A DNA stretch of 41,744 nt, from the IMG/VR virus record IMGVR_UViG_3300031963_006119; one strand, given 5' to 3'. Source of the DNA: a virus. Taxonomy: Duplodnaviria; Heunggongvirae; Uroviricota; Caudoviricetes. Positions 8,628 to 17,732 of the stretch are shown piece after piece (position 1 is the stretch's first letter; every line of letters starts with the position of its first letter). Below the pieces are notes generated by a model. That model saw nothing but the letters and a program-made list of their open reading frames with translations. It searched no databases and had not been told where the DNA came from. The position numbers were made by a program, and so were the translations under genes.

Positions 8628-11309
8628 ATGGCAGACTTGTGGACGCAACCGTCTAATACTAAATTAGCTACGCTAGAAGAAAATGTTACAACAAGCATAA
8701 ATTTGCCGTTGGTTAATCCTTCATCTACGGTTTCTCTTATCAGTGGAAAATTGCCTGGTGGGATACGAATCCAAGGTTCTCAAATAGTAGGTACTCCTTA
8801 CGAAGTGCCGCGTGTTACAGATTACAGATTTGTCCTAAGAGCTAGCTATAACAATGTAACTAGAGATAGAACATTTGTAATTACTGTAGGTGATGCTGAT
8901 GCACCTGTATGGCAAACAACTCCTGGATTATTACCAGTAGGTAATAACAATACATTTTATATTTTAGACAATTCACCAGTTGATTTTCAATTAGTGGCAA
9001 CTGACGTTGATTTACCTATTGGTGAAAGTTTAGATTTTTATATAGCGTCCGGAGACGGACAATTACCGCCTGGTATACAATTAACCAGAGACGGCAGATT
9101 AGTAGGAGTAGTTGATCCTATTCTTGCTATTGAAAGAACACTGCTTTATAATGCAGGCTCGTATGATACAGCGCCGTACGATTTTACTTCTGCAGGATAT
9201 GATTTTGGCTTAAGATCATCTAATGGTTTTGATAGTTTTTTCTACGATACTGACATTTATGATTTTAACTATCCAGAACGAACACCTAAAAAATTAAATA
9301 GATATTATCAATTTACTGTAAGTGTATCTGACGGAGATATTATATCTCGACGAACATTTAGAATTTATGTAGTAGGCGATGACTTTTTACGTGCTGACAA
9401 CACTATTATGCAGGTTGGTACAGGTACGTTTACTGCTGATAACACTAATATAAGAGTTCCCATATGGTTAACACCTAGCGACTTAGGTGTTAGACGAGCC
9501 AACAATTATATTACTTTGTTCTTAGATGTTATTGATTCAAATACATTAACAGGTATTGTTACATATTTCTTACAGGCTACTAATCCCGATAGTTCTCTTA
9601 GCAGACTACCTCCAGGACTAACACTAGATAGTAGCACCGGAGAAATTGCAGGTAAAGTGCCCTATCAAGCAGAGGTTACAAAAACTTTTAAATTTACTAT
9701 ACGGGCTCAAAGATTTACCCCTGATCAAGCACAAGAATTAGTTGCAAGTAGTAAAACATTTACTGTAAAATTACTAGGGGAAATTAATTCTGAAACAAAA
9801 TGGATTACTGATAGTAATCTAGGACTGTTGGGATCAAATGTTATTTCTGTACTAAAAGTTGAAGCAACTACAAATGTTCCCGGAAGTAACGTAATTTATA
9901 ACTTATCATCAGGAAGACTGCCGCCTGGACTTGCACTAAGTTTTGATGGTGAAGTTGTAGGTAAAGTAAATGCATTTGGTGAAAATGTTTATAAAAGCAC
10001 TTGGAAAAACGAACGACAATATACATTAAACGATGTTGTACGTTATCAAGGGTTGCTTTATCAAGCTCTGAGTACTCATCAGAGTACCAGTACTGGGTCA
10101 TTTAGTACTGATCAGGCGCTATGGGCAAGATTTGCATATAGAACTAACGGGCTGACAGTATTTGATAATGATACATTTAGACTTGATGCCAATTCGACTA
10201 CAATAGATAGAGAATATCGTTTCACTGTTACTGCACAAGATCTTTACAAATATAGCGTAGTGAGTAAAGAATTTGTAATTAGAATATCAGACCCTGATAG
10301 TAAAAAGTATAGTAATTTATACATGAAGCCTTTTCTTAAAGAACAAGTTAGAAGAAACTTTAATGCTTTCATTTCTAATCCAGAAATTTTTATTCCAGAA
10401 TACATTTATCGACCAAGCGATCCTAATTTTGGTATACAACGTGAAATTAAAATGCTTGCATATGCTGGTATTGAAACTAAAGAATTACAAGAAGTAGTTA
10501 GAGCAATGTCTACAAATCATAGAAGAAAACGCTATCGAGTGGGCGATTTAAAGAGTGCTATTGCAAAAGTTCCTGGAACTAATGATATAGTTTATGAAGT
10601 ACTTTATTTGGATGTAATAGATCCTTATAATCCAAGTGAAGGTCGAACTAAGAAAAGTATTACAGTACGTAATTCTAAAAAGATTAAAGTTAATTCTGTT
10701 AGTGCAACGCCTAAAGACATGTTTTACGACTACGAAGAAAAACCTTCTTTTACAGTACAGGCTAGAGGAAAAACTATTACTGTTACACTAGGCGAAGATT
10801 TCGTAGTTGAAACTAGAGCTGATGGAGAATTTAAGTTAAAATGGGAAGATGGATTGGAAATAGATTCTAGAACAGAAACTAGAATTCTATCAATACTAGA
10901 GGGACTATCTCCAAACATGGTGTTAAGACCCGAACCTGAAGCTAATACAGTTAAAGCGGATTCTAATATATACACTGCTGGACAGACAATTGATTCAATA
11001 AAATATATCAGTAATATCACAAACATGCGTGATAATATACGACCGTTAGGTCGTACTGAAAGATCTTTTGTTCCGCTTTGGATGCGATCATCACAACAGA
11101 GTAGTGTAGACGAACTAGGTTATACTCCATCGTTGGTGTTGTGCTATTGTAAACCAGGAACTAGTCAAATTATTCAAAGTGCCATTAAAGCTAGCAATTT
11201 TGACTTTAGTCAATTTGACTTAGACATGGACAGATACATTATTGATAATACTCTTATAAGCAGTAAATCGCAGTATTTACTGTTCGCAAATTATCAGTAC
11301 AATATATAA
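8628..11309 (+). CDS. Baseplate wedge-like protein with putative Ig (He_PIG-like) repeats and a CBM5/12-like insert
   Basis: Four 'SG.LP(P/G)G(I/L).(L/I)...G.(I/L/V).G' Ig-like repeats, each followed later by 'Y.F(V/T)(L/V/I).A/V...F.I.V' strands; 'WKNERQYTLNDVVRYQGLLYQA' CBM-like segment. Confidence 0.65.
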   Translation: MADLWTQPSNTKLATLEENVTTSINLPLVNPSSTVSLISGKLPGGIRIQGSQIVGTPYEVPRVTDYRFVLRASYNNVTRDRTFVITVGDADAPVWQTTPGLLPVGNNNTFYILDNSPVDFQLVATDVDLPIGESLDFYIASGDGQLPPGIQLTRDGRLVGVVDPILAIERTLLYNAGSYDTAPYDFTSAGYDFGLRSSNGFDSFFYDTDIYDFNYPERTPKKLNRYYQFTVSVSDGDIISRRTFRIYVVGDDFLRADNTIMQVGTGTFTADNTNIRVPIWLTPSDLGVRRANNYITLFLDVIDSNTLTGIVTYFLQATNPDSSLSRLPPGLTLDSSTGEIAGKVPYQAEVTKTFKFTIRAQRFTPDQAQELVASSKTFTVKLLGEINSETKWITDSNLGLLGSNVISVLKVEATTNVPGSNVIYNLSSGRLPPGLALSFDGEVVGKVNAFGENVYKSTWKNERQYTLNDVVRYQGLLYQALSTHQSTSTGSFSTDQALWARFAYRTNGLTVFDNDTFRLDANSTTIDREYRFTVTAQDLYKYSVVSKEFVIRISDPDSKKYSNLYMKPFLKEQVRRNFNAFISNPEIFIPEYIYRPSDPNFGIQREIKMLAYAGIETKELQEVVRAMSTNHRRKRYRVGDLKSAIAKVPGTNDIVYEVLYLDVIDPYNPSEGRTKKSITVRNSKKIKVNSVSATPKDMFYDYEEKPSFTVQARGKTITVTLGEDFVVETRADGEFKLKWEDGLEIDSRTETRILSILEGLSPNMVLRPEPEANTVKADSNIYTAGQTIDSIKYISNITNMRDNIRPLGRTERSFVPLWMRSSQQSSVDELGYTPSLVLCYCKPGTSQIIQSAIKASNFDFSQFDLDMDRYIIDNTLISSKSQYLLFANYQYNI

Positions 11310-11311
11310 AG

Positions 11312-11321
11312 TAAATAAATA
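11312..11321 (+). promoter_or_regulatory. Tandem late promoter cores (TAAATAAATA)
   Basis: Two overlapping TAAATA copies upstream of SD AGGAG and ATG 11342. Confidence 0.55.
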
Positions 11322-11341
11322 CTGTTAGGAGATAAATTAAA

Positions 11342-11944
11342 ATGGCTAGTAATATAAATTATATAAATGTCGACGAAAGTTTTCCAATAGCTGGACAGGA
11401 CAACGATAGTCAGGGTTTTCGAGATAACTTTGCAACAATTAAAAGTAGTTTAGCATCTGCTAAAACTGAGATTACAAATCTTCAAGATAATACTGCAAAA
11501 TTAAACGTTAACAATAACTTTAATCAAAACGAAATTTCAAATGCTAAACTTAGAAACACACCATATGTGTTTTTTAATAAAAATATTAACCAAGGCGATA
11601 CGCATAATTTACTGTTCAGTGACGGAAGTTACCAGCAATTAAATATCAACAATTTTGCTATTATAGATTTAGAAGATTTTAGACCACCAAACGGTGCTCA
11701 AGTTCAGTTTAAAATTCAAATTTTGTTTAATGGAAACGGAACAGTTGAGTGGCTTACTGGATCTCCAAGCAATGTTTTTAGGGTTAATTCTACCTGGCCT
11801 AAGAGAGTAAACCCAACTAATCCATTTACTGTTACGACAAATCAACCCGTTCTAGTTGATATTTGGACAACTGACGGTATAACATTCTACGGCCATTATT
11901 ACGGAAACTATGTAACGATTGCTCAAGACGATGGTATCATTTAA
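11342..11944 (+). CDS. Virion structural protein (N-terminal coiled coil, C-terminal beta domain)
   Basis: SD AGGAG; 'FPIAGQDNDSQGFRDNFATIKSSLASAKTEITNLQ' coiled-coil start; late-promoter context. Confidence 0.55.
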   Translation: MASNINYINVDESFPIAGQDNDSQGFRDNFATIKSSLASAKTEITNLQDNTAKLNVNNNFNQNEISNAKLRNTPYVFFNKNINQGDTHNLLFSDGSYQQLNINNFAIIDLEDFRPPNGAQVQFKIQILFNGNGTVEWLTGSPSNVFRVNSTWPKRVNPTNPFTVTTNQPVLVDIWTTDGITFYGHYYGNYVTIAQDDGII

Positions 11945-12170
11945 TCCTCTAGTAGACGATTTTTCAAAACTTTCAGACCTTGAAGTAGAATCAAAGGTTA
12001 CTGATCTAGGGCGAAAATATTTTATGTCTAGAAATCCAGAAGTACAAATGCAGATAGCAGCACTGCTAGGAATGTACAAGGAAGAAATGCAAGCAAGGCG
12101 TGCTCGCACACAATTACAATCACAACAAAACGGCAATTCTGATCTTGACAATTTAATCAATATCAGCTAA
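11931..12170 (+). CDS. Hypothetical protein (79 aa, helical)
   Basis: ATG 11931 chosen within the track ORF; fills the gap before 12180. Confidence 0.6.
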   Translation: MVSFNPLVDDFSKLSDLEVESKVTDLGRKYFMSRNPEVQMQIAALLGMYKEEMQARRARTQLQSQQNGNSDLDNLINIS

Positions 12171-12179
12171 TATAGTTAG

Positions 12180-12737
12180 ATGCTTATTAAAACTGACAAG
12201 TTAGGGGTGCCTAGATTTTCTAACCAAGACTTAATATCTATGATCTATAGCGGACATGTAGATAAATGTCACGTAGTACTATGCGAGCCTTCCGATGACA
12301 TTGATAAATTTAATGCTACTATGGAAGAACAAGGACTCCCAACATTAACCAAATACATTGCACTAGATGTAGATCAGAAAGATTTTGACAACGCTTTACA
12401 GTCAGAATGGTTCATGCCTGAAGATTATAAAAATCTAGATATAGGTGCCTATATCATGCATAAGTTGATGCAAAAACTAGGCACAATTGAACCCTACGAA
12501 ATACAAGAACGAGAAGAATACAAAAGAGTATGCGAAGAATTAGATGCATTTGGTGAGCATAATATGCAGGATTTGCTTCGATATATGGTATATCTTGTAG
12601 ACTTTATGAGAGAAAATAACATAGTTTGGGGAGTTGGGAGAGGCTCTAGTGTAGCAAGTTATATTTTATATCTAATTGGTATACACAGAATTGATTCAAT
12701 TCAGTATAACCTAGACTGGCGAGAGTTCTTGAGATAA
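12180..12737 (+). CDS. DNA polymerase III alpha (DnaE)-like stand-alone fragment
   Basis: 'YKRVCEEL...LLRYMVYLVDFMRENNIVWGVGRGSSVASYILYLIGIHRIDSIQYNLDWREFLR' matches DnaE 'G(P/V)GRGSAAGSLVAY.LGIT.IDP..Y.LLFERFL'; stops before the catalytic PDxDxD. Confidence 0.75.
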   Translation: MLIKTDKLGVPRFSNQDLISMIYSGHVDKCHVVLCEPSDDIDKFNATMEEQGLPTLTKYIALDVDQKDFDNALQSEWFMPEDYKNLDIGAYIMHKLMQKLGTIEPYEIQEREEYKRVCEELDAFGEHNMQDLLRYMVYLVDFMRENNIVWGVGRGSSVASYILYLIGIHRIDSIQYNLDWREFLR

Positions 12738-12765
12738 GTACATATATAATATTAGGAGAATTAAT

Positions 12766-13104
12766 ATGCCAATGAAACAACCACAAAAAAAGATTTACAA
12801 AACTGCCCAAGGCAAAATAGTTGATATGGACATGCTTAGGCAGCGCAACGAACTTACACCTGCTGTAGGTAATGCTCGCGTAAATGCTAGAGGAGATGAA
12901 TTAGGTCCTGGCGGGAAAGTTATTCGTAAGCGGGAAGATGTTCTTAAAGAATATTACGACACAGCACAAGGTGTAGCAGATCAAACGCCAGTAAGAAAAG
13001 CTAAAACTGTTACAGAAACAGCAAGTGAAGAAGAATGGGTTGAGGACGACGAAGGTAATTTTGTTCCGGCAGACGAAGTTAAAGTTACAAAAAGAGGGCG
13101 TTAA
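12766..13104 (+). CDS. Hypothetical phage protein
   Basis: SD AGGAG; 112 aa; TAATG coupling to the next gene. Confidence 0.7.
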   Translation: MPMKQPQKKIYKTAQGKIVDMDMLRQRNELTPAVGNARVNARGDELGPGGKVIRKREDVLKEYYDTAQGVADQTPVRKAKTVTETASEEEWVEDDEGNFVPADEVKVTKRGR

Positions 13105-13505
13105 TGAGTATTCAGCTTAACGTTACCAAAGGCAAACCAAGAGCAGTTAGTAATAGAGTACTAGTCTCCGATATGTACTTTGGTGAGCAAAAAACTACAA
13201 GCGGCATTGTGCTAACGTCAGACGACGGAACTACTCGAGGAATTTATCCTCGCTGGGCAAAGGTTTACTGTAAAGGTCCAAATAATAAAGATCCTTATGA
13301 GATTGGACAGTGGATCCTAGTTGAACACGGACGCTGGACTCGAGGGTTCAAAGTTGATGACGGAGAAGGCGAAAAAGAGCTACGTATGGTTGAATCTGAA
13401 AGTGTTCTTGCCTATGCAGATGAAAAACCAAATGATGTTTATGTTGGTCAAGAATATGCCAACGGATCTAGTACTACTATTAAACCGGAAGATTTTATAA
13501 AATGA
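13104..13505 (+). CDS. groES: GroES/Cpn10-like co-chaperonin (T4 gp31 analogue)
   Basis: 'RAVSNRVLV....EQKTTSGIVL' mobile-loop motif, then 'AKVYCKGP', 'EIGQWILV', 'ESVLA' as in Cpn10. Confidence 0.7.
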   Translation: MSIQLNVTKGKPRAVSNRVLVSDMYFGEQKTTSGIVLTSDDGTTRGIYPRWAKVYCKGPNNKDPYEIGQWILVEHGRWTRGFKVDDGEGEKELRMVESESVLAYADEKPNDVYVGQEYANGSSTTIKPEDFIK

Positions 13506-13903
13506 CAAATCCCTTCAGAGATCAAGAAAAATTTATGCGAGCCTGTGACCAAACAGTTGGTGAGAGTAACTTAAATCAATTTGGTCTGTATACAAAATTG
13601 ATAGAAGAAGAGTATAAAGAATTTAAACATGCCTGTGATATGAATGATAATGTAGAAGCATTAGATGCTTTAATTGATATTTTAGTTGTAACAATTGGAG
13701 CTATTCACAGTGCAGGATTTGATGCAGAAGGTGCATGGAAAGAAGTTATGCGTACTAACTTTGCTAAGATTGATAAGGACACTGGCAAGGTTCGAAAGCG
13801 TGAGGACGGCAAAGTATTGAAACCTGTGGGATGGACTGCTCCGGATTTAAAACCGTTTGTAACCAAAATACCACCTAATGGATTTGTAACAGACTGCGTT
13901 TAA
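13502..13903 (+). CDS. MazG-like all-alpha NTP pyrophosphohydrolase
   Basis: 'LIEEEYKEF...EALDALIDILVV' (ExxE...ExxD), 'EVMRTNFAK' and 'REDGKVLKP..W..P' typical of the PRA-PH/MazG-like phage family. Confidence 0.8.
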   Translation: MTNPFRDQEKFMRACDQTVGESNLNQFGLYTKLIEEEYKEFKHACDMNDNVEALDALIDILVVTIGAIHSAGFDAEGAWKEVMRTNFAKIDKDTGKVRKREDGKVLKPVGWTAPDLKPFVTKIPPNGFVTDCV

Positions 13904-13913
13904 CCTAAATTAC

Positions 13914-13942
13914 TTGACTCCTAATAGATTATGCAGTATAAT
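13914..13942 (+). promoter_or_regulatory. Sigma70-type early promoter TTGACT-N17-TATAAT
   Basis: TTGACT 13914-13919, 17-nt spacer, TATAAT 13937-13942; upstream of the exonuclease-to-clamp-loader operon. Confidence 0.8.
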
Positions 13943-13968
13943 GTATATAAACTATTAGGAGTTTTCTT

Positions 13969-14508
13969 TTGGCCACACACGGAATGATTGACTTAGAAAC
14001 ACTTGGTGTAGAACCTGATTGTGTCGTAATGACAATAGGTGCTATTAAGTTTGATCCTTTTACTGATGCAGAACCGCATAGCGGTTTATACTTGCGTTGC
14101 GATGTTGATGAACAGACGGCCATGGGCAGGACTATTGACGACAATACTCTAGCTTGGTGGGCAAAACAAGACGAAGCTATCAAAGAAGAAGCATTTGGCG
14201 AACACAAACGAGCGTCAATGGATCAAGTTACAAGAGCAATCAACAAGTTTTGCGTAGGATTAGATGTATTATGGTGTCAAGGTCCGTTGTTTGACTATGC
14301 TATTTTACAAAATCTTTACAAGCAACTGGGAAAGCCTGCACCGTGGCACTATTGGCAGATTCGCGATAGTCGAACACTGTTTTCTATGATGCCTCAAGAT
14401 CCTCGAAAAGCAATTCAAGAAAGTTTACACAATGCGCTTGCTGACTGTTATTATCAAGCAAAGTGTGTACAACAAAGTTACAAGCATTTTGGAGTTAAAG
14501 CAAGATGA
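13969..14508 (+). CDS. DEDDh 3'-5' exonuclease (Rv2179c/ExoVIII-like)
   Basis: TTG start with SD AGGAG; ExoI 'MIDLETLG', ExoII 'GPLFDYAIL', 'IRDSRT', ExoIII 'HNALADC'. Confidence 0.85.
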   Translation: MATHGMIDLETLGVEPDCVVMTIGAIKFDPFTDAEPHSGLYLRCDVDEQTAMGRTIDDNTLAWWAKQDEAIKEEAFGEHKRASMDQVTRAINKFCVGLDVLWCQGPLFDYAILQNLYKQLGKPAPWHYWQIRDSRTLFSMMPQDPRKAIQESLHNALADCYYQAKCVQQSYKHFGVKAR

Positions 14509-14849
14509 TAAATGGCATTACATCTAACAGTAGATATATTACTGTGTCAGATGGTTCAGGTACTAATCCGTATATTAGTCCCGGAGCAGTAGGAGCAGGC
14601 ATGATGCGCTGGAACCCAAACATGAATTGTATGGAAGTATGTGACGGTAATAGTTGGAAGTCTTTAGGTATGAGCTATGCCAGCGTGGGACTAACAGGTG
14701 AAACTGAATCTTTGTTAGACTGGGCTAGAGAAAAACGTATGGAAGAACAACGACTACAGGAAATGATGGAGAAGTATCCAGCACTTAAAAAAGCCAAAGA
14801 TAACTTTGATATATTACTCAATATAGTTAAGGATGATTTTAAGCAATGA
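14505..14849 (+). CDS. Hypothetical phage protein
   Basis: ATGA-coupled on both sides; 114 aa. Confidence 0.65.
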   Translation: MINGITSNSRYITVSDGSGTNPYISPGAVGAGMMRWNPNMNCMEVCDGNSWKSLGMSYASVGLTGETESLLDWAREKRMEEQRLQEMMEKYPALKKAKDNFDILLNIVKDDFKQ

Positions 14850-15250
14850 AAATAGGTTTTACTTGTTCAACTTTTGATTTGTTTCATGCCGGGCATGTAA
14901 TGATGCTGGAAGAGGCAAAAACACAATGTGAGTTTTTAATTGTAGGATTACAGACTGACCCTACACTTGATAGGCCCGATACTAAAAATAAACCTGTACA
15001 AGGAGTATTTGAACGTTGGGCACAATTGAAGGCTTGTAAATTTGTAGATCAAATCGTACCTTACTCCACTGAGCGAGAGTTACGCGATATTCTTTTATCG
15101 TTTCCTATCAATATTAGAATTTTAGGTGAAGAGTATCAAAGTAAAGAATTTACGGGACACGACATTCCTATGGAATTTTACTTTAATAAACGTAGACACA
15201 GTTTTTCAACTTCAGAATTAAGACAACGTGTAATAGAGGCCACAAAATGA
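14846..15250 (+). CDS. Cytidylyltransferase (TagD/RfaE-domain-like HxGH nucleotidyltransferase)
   Basis: 'STFDLFHAGH', 'LIVGLQTD', 'KPVQ..FERW', 'LGEEY', 'FSTSELR'. Confidence 0.85.
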   Translation: MKIGFTCSTFDLFHAGHVMMLEEAKTQCEFLIVGLQTDPTLDRPDTKNKPVQGVFERWAQLKACKFVDQIVPYSTERELRDILLSFPINIRILGEEYQSKEFTGHDIPMEFYFNKRRHSFSTSELRQRVIEATK

Positions 15251-15417
15251 AATGTGATACTTGCGGTGAAAATTTAAAAGAAAATGGTTATGGATGTGAC
15301 TGGCGACAAGGTCGTTGCCCGCATCGCCATCCCATGTTTAACGAAATCGTACTTGACAATTACAAGATGCGATATTATAATTTAGTACAAACTATTAAAG
15401 GCTGGTTTAAATTTTGA
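15247..15417 (+). CDS. Small Cys/His-rich protein (56 aa) absent from the ORF track
   Basis: MKCDTCGENLKENGYGCDWRQGRCPHRHP...GWFKF; ATGA overlap upstream and TTGA overlap downstream fill the gap exactly. Confidence 0.7.
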   Translation: MKCDTCGENLKENGYGCDWRQGRCPHRHPMFNEIVLDNYKMRYYNLVQTIKGWFKF

Positions 15418-15605
15418 GAAACTTAGAATTAGAAGATGCTGTAATAGCATTACATGACACAGCTAGAACTGTTGAAAAAAGAATTGGTCGAGGTCAATTA
15501 AGCGACGACATTAGATCCTGTGCAGATCGATTGCATCAATATTTAAGAACCGATGCATCAATTAATATACTAACACAAAATATTATTAACAAGGCAGAAG
15601 AATGA
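15414..15605 (+). CDS. Hypothetical protein (63 aa)
   Basis: TTG start coupled to the previous stop; ATGA overlap with the clamp loader. Confidence 0.6.
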   Translation: MRNLELEDAVIALHDTARTVEKRIGRGQLSDDIRSCADRLHQYLRTDASINILTQNIINKAEE

Positions 15606-16516
15606 AAGAACTATGGGTAGAAAAGTATCGTCCTAAAAAGGTCAACGGATATGTGTTCCGAGATGACGCACAACGAAAACAAATACAGCAATGGATTAAA
15701 GACCAAAGTATTCCTCACTTACTGTTTAGTGGCAATGCAGGTATTGGTAAAACCACTCTTGCTCGGATTTTGTTTAATGAATTAGATATTAACGATCTAG
15801 ACATTATGGAGATTAACGCAAGTCGTGAAAACAATGCAGATACTATTCGTGACAAAATCACAAACTTTGTACAAATGATTCCGTTTGGCCCGTTCAAGGT
15901 TGTACTGCTGGATGAGGCAGATTACTTAACTCCAAATGCACAGGCTATCTTGCGCGGTGTTATGGAAGAGTATCATACCACAGCAAGATTTATTCTAACT
16001 TGTAACTATCCTAACAGGATCATTCCTGCGATTCACAGTCGCTGTCAAGGCTTCCACGTTGCAAAAGTAGATCAAACTGAGTTTACTGCTAGAGTAGCTG
16101 AGATCCTTATCACTGAAGAAGTAGAATTTGACATTGATACTCTTGACACATATGTTAAAGCAACATATCCAGACCTCCGTAAGTGCATTAATACTGTTCA
16201 AATGAACAGTCAAGAAGGTAAATTAGTAAAACCCAATGAGGCAGACACTGGTGAAGCAGACTGGAAGATTCATATGGTAGAACTATTTAAAGCTGGTAAG
16301 ATCAGCGAAGCACGAAAACTACTGTGCGGAAGTGTTCGACCTGAAGAAATGGAAGATATTTTCCGCTGGCTTTATGACAATATTGAACTGTTTGGTGACG
16401 AAGAAAAACAAAACTCTGCGGTGCTTACTATCAAACAAGGATTAGTTGATCATACTCTTGTAGTAGATCCAGAAATAAATCTTGCCGCAACTCTTATTAG
16501 ACTTGCAAGACTGTAA
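15602..16516 (+). CDS. Sliding-clamp loader small subunit (RFC-like / T4 gp44-like AAA+)
   Basis: 'LWVEKYRP', Walker A 'GNAGIGKTT', 'EINAS', Walker B 'LLDEAD', 'AQAILR', 'FILTCNY', 'SRC'. Confidence 0.92.
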   Translation: MKELWVEKYRPKKVNGYVFRDDAQRKQIQQWIKDQSIPHLLFSGNAGIGKTTLARILFNELDINDLDIMEINASRENNADTIRDKITNFVQMIPFGPFKVVLLDEADYLTPNAQAILRGVMEEYHTTARFILTCNYPNRIIPAIHSRCQGFHVAKVDQTEFTARVAEILITEEVEFDIDTLDTYVKATYPDLRKCINTVQMNSQEGKLVKPNEADTGEADWKIHMVELFKAGKISEARKLLCGSVRPEEMEDIFRWLYDNIELFGDEEKQNSAVLTIKQGLVDHTLVVDPEINLAATLIRLARL

Positions 16517-16537
16517 TAATTAAGTAAAGGAAATTAA

Positions 16538-17239
16538 ATGAGAGTTCGTATTGTAGGCTATACTGTAGCAGACCCAGAATTTGTAGAAGAATGTAAAGCA
16601 GAAGCTCTGGCCAAGGGTAAAACAGAACCAGAATTTGCAGACATTCAAGATCTAATTGCGTTTTGCGCAAGAGTTAGTAACCCAGCTAACCAAATGAATG
16701 AAGAAACTAGTGCTAAACTTATCAAATATTTGATCAAACACAGTCACTGGAGTCCACTCGAGATGGTTAATGCTACTCTCGAAATTGATACTACTCGTGA
16801 TATTGCACATCAAATTGTGCGTCATCGCAGTTTTTCCTTTCAAGAGTTTAGCCAGAGGTATGCTAACCCAGAAGACATGGGCGACATGTTTGAATATTCA
16901 GAAGCAAGATTGCAAGATGAAAAGAATCGTCAGAACAGTATTGAAACTGAAGACCGTCAGTTAGCCATAGACTGGTTGCATGCACAGATGCGAGTAGCAC
17001 ATAACTGTAAGAAAGAATACGACTGGGCTATTAAAAACGGTATTGCTAAAGAACAAGCACGTAAGGTTTTGCCAGAAGGCATTACCAAGACACGATTATA
17101 CATGCAAGGCAGTTTGCGTAGCTGGTTACACTATATTGAACTACGCAGTGCAAATGGCACACAGAAAGAACACATGGCTATTGCGATTGCTTGTGCAGAA
17201 ATCATTGGAAAGATCTTTCCGTTGATGAATGAATTATGA
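16538..17239 (+). CDS. thyX: Flavin-dependent thymidylate synthase
   Basis: 'HWSPLE', ThyX motif 'RHRSFSFQEFSQRY', 'EQARKVLP', 'LRSWLHYIELR', 'QKEH'. Confidence 0.93.
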   Translation: MRVRIVGYTVADPEFVEECKAEALAKGKTEPEFADIQDLIAFCARVSNPANQMNEETSAKLIKYLIKHSHWSPLEMVNATLEIDTTRDIAHQIVRHRSFSFQEFSQRYANPEDMGDMFEYSEARLQDEKNRQNSIETEDRQLAIDWLHAQMRVAHNCKKEYDWAIKNGIAKEQARKVLPEGITKTRLYMQGSLRSWLHYIELRSANGTQKEHMAIAIACAEIIGKIFPLMNEL

Positions 17240-17706
17240 AAGCAAAGTTTGTAGATGCATACATGGATGTTGCTGACAGGTTTAGCAAATTAAGTTCTGC
17301 TAAACGACTGCAAGTTGGTGCTATTGTTGTTAAAGATGATAGGATTATCAGTATTGGCTATAACGGTATGCCTAGTGGGTGGGACAATAATTGCGAACAC
17401 GAAGATATTGGATTTAGTGATGCAGTGTTTGGAGAGTCACAATCTCTAGTTAATAGAGGTTTAAAAACGAGACCAGAGGTTTTACACGCAGAGTCAAACG
17501 CCATAGCAAAATTAGCCCGCAGTTCTGAGAGCGGAGATGGTGCTACGTTATTTGTAACGCACCAACCTTGCATGGAATGTGCTAAATTGATCTATCAAAG
17601 TGGCATAAAAGCTGTTTATTATGCCCATCCATACAGACTCAACGATGGTCTAGACTTTTTACAAAAGTCAAATATCAATGTTATTAAAGTAGAAAAGGGC
17701 TCGTAA
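17236..17706 (+). CDS. dCMP deaminase
   Basis: 'QVGAIVVKD.RIISIGYNG', Zn motifs 'HAESNAI' and 'PCMECAKLI'. Confidence 0.92.
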   Translation: MKAKFVDAYMDVADRFSKLSSAKRLQVGAIVVKDDRIISIGYNGMPSGWDNNCEHEDIGFSDAVFGESQSLVNRGLKTRPEVLHAESNAIAKLARSSESGDGATLFVTHQPCMECAKLIYQSGIKAVYYAHPYRLNDGLDFLQKSNINVIKVEKGS

Positions 17707-17720
17707 GCCCTTTTCCTTTT
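17692..17720. terminator. Bidirectional intrinsic terminator between the convergent dCMP deaminase and phoH genes
   Basis: GAAAAGGGC-TCGTAA-GCCCTTTTC, a perfect 9-bp inverted repeat with A/T tracts giving U runs on both strands. Confidence 0.8.
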
Positions 17721-17732
17721 AGTCTATATTAC

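Noticed and set aside
15602-17706. Introns, inteins or homing endonucleases in the clamp loader, thyX or dCMP deaminase
   Set aside because: Lengths are normal and motifs contiguous; no LAGLIDADG, HNH, GIY-YIG or intein motifs were seen.
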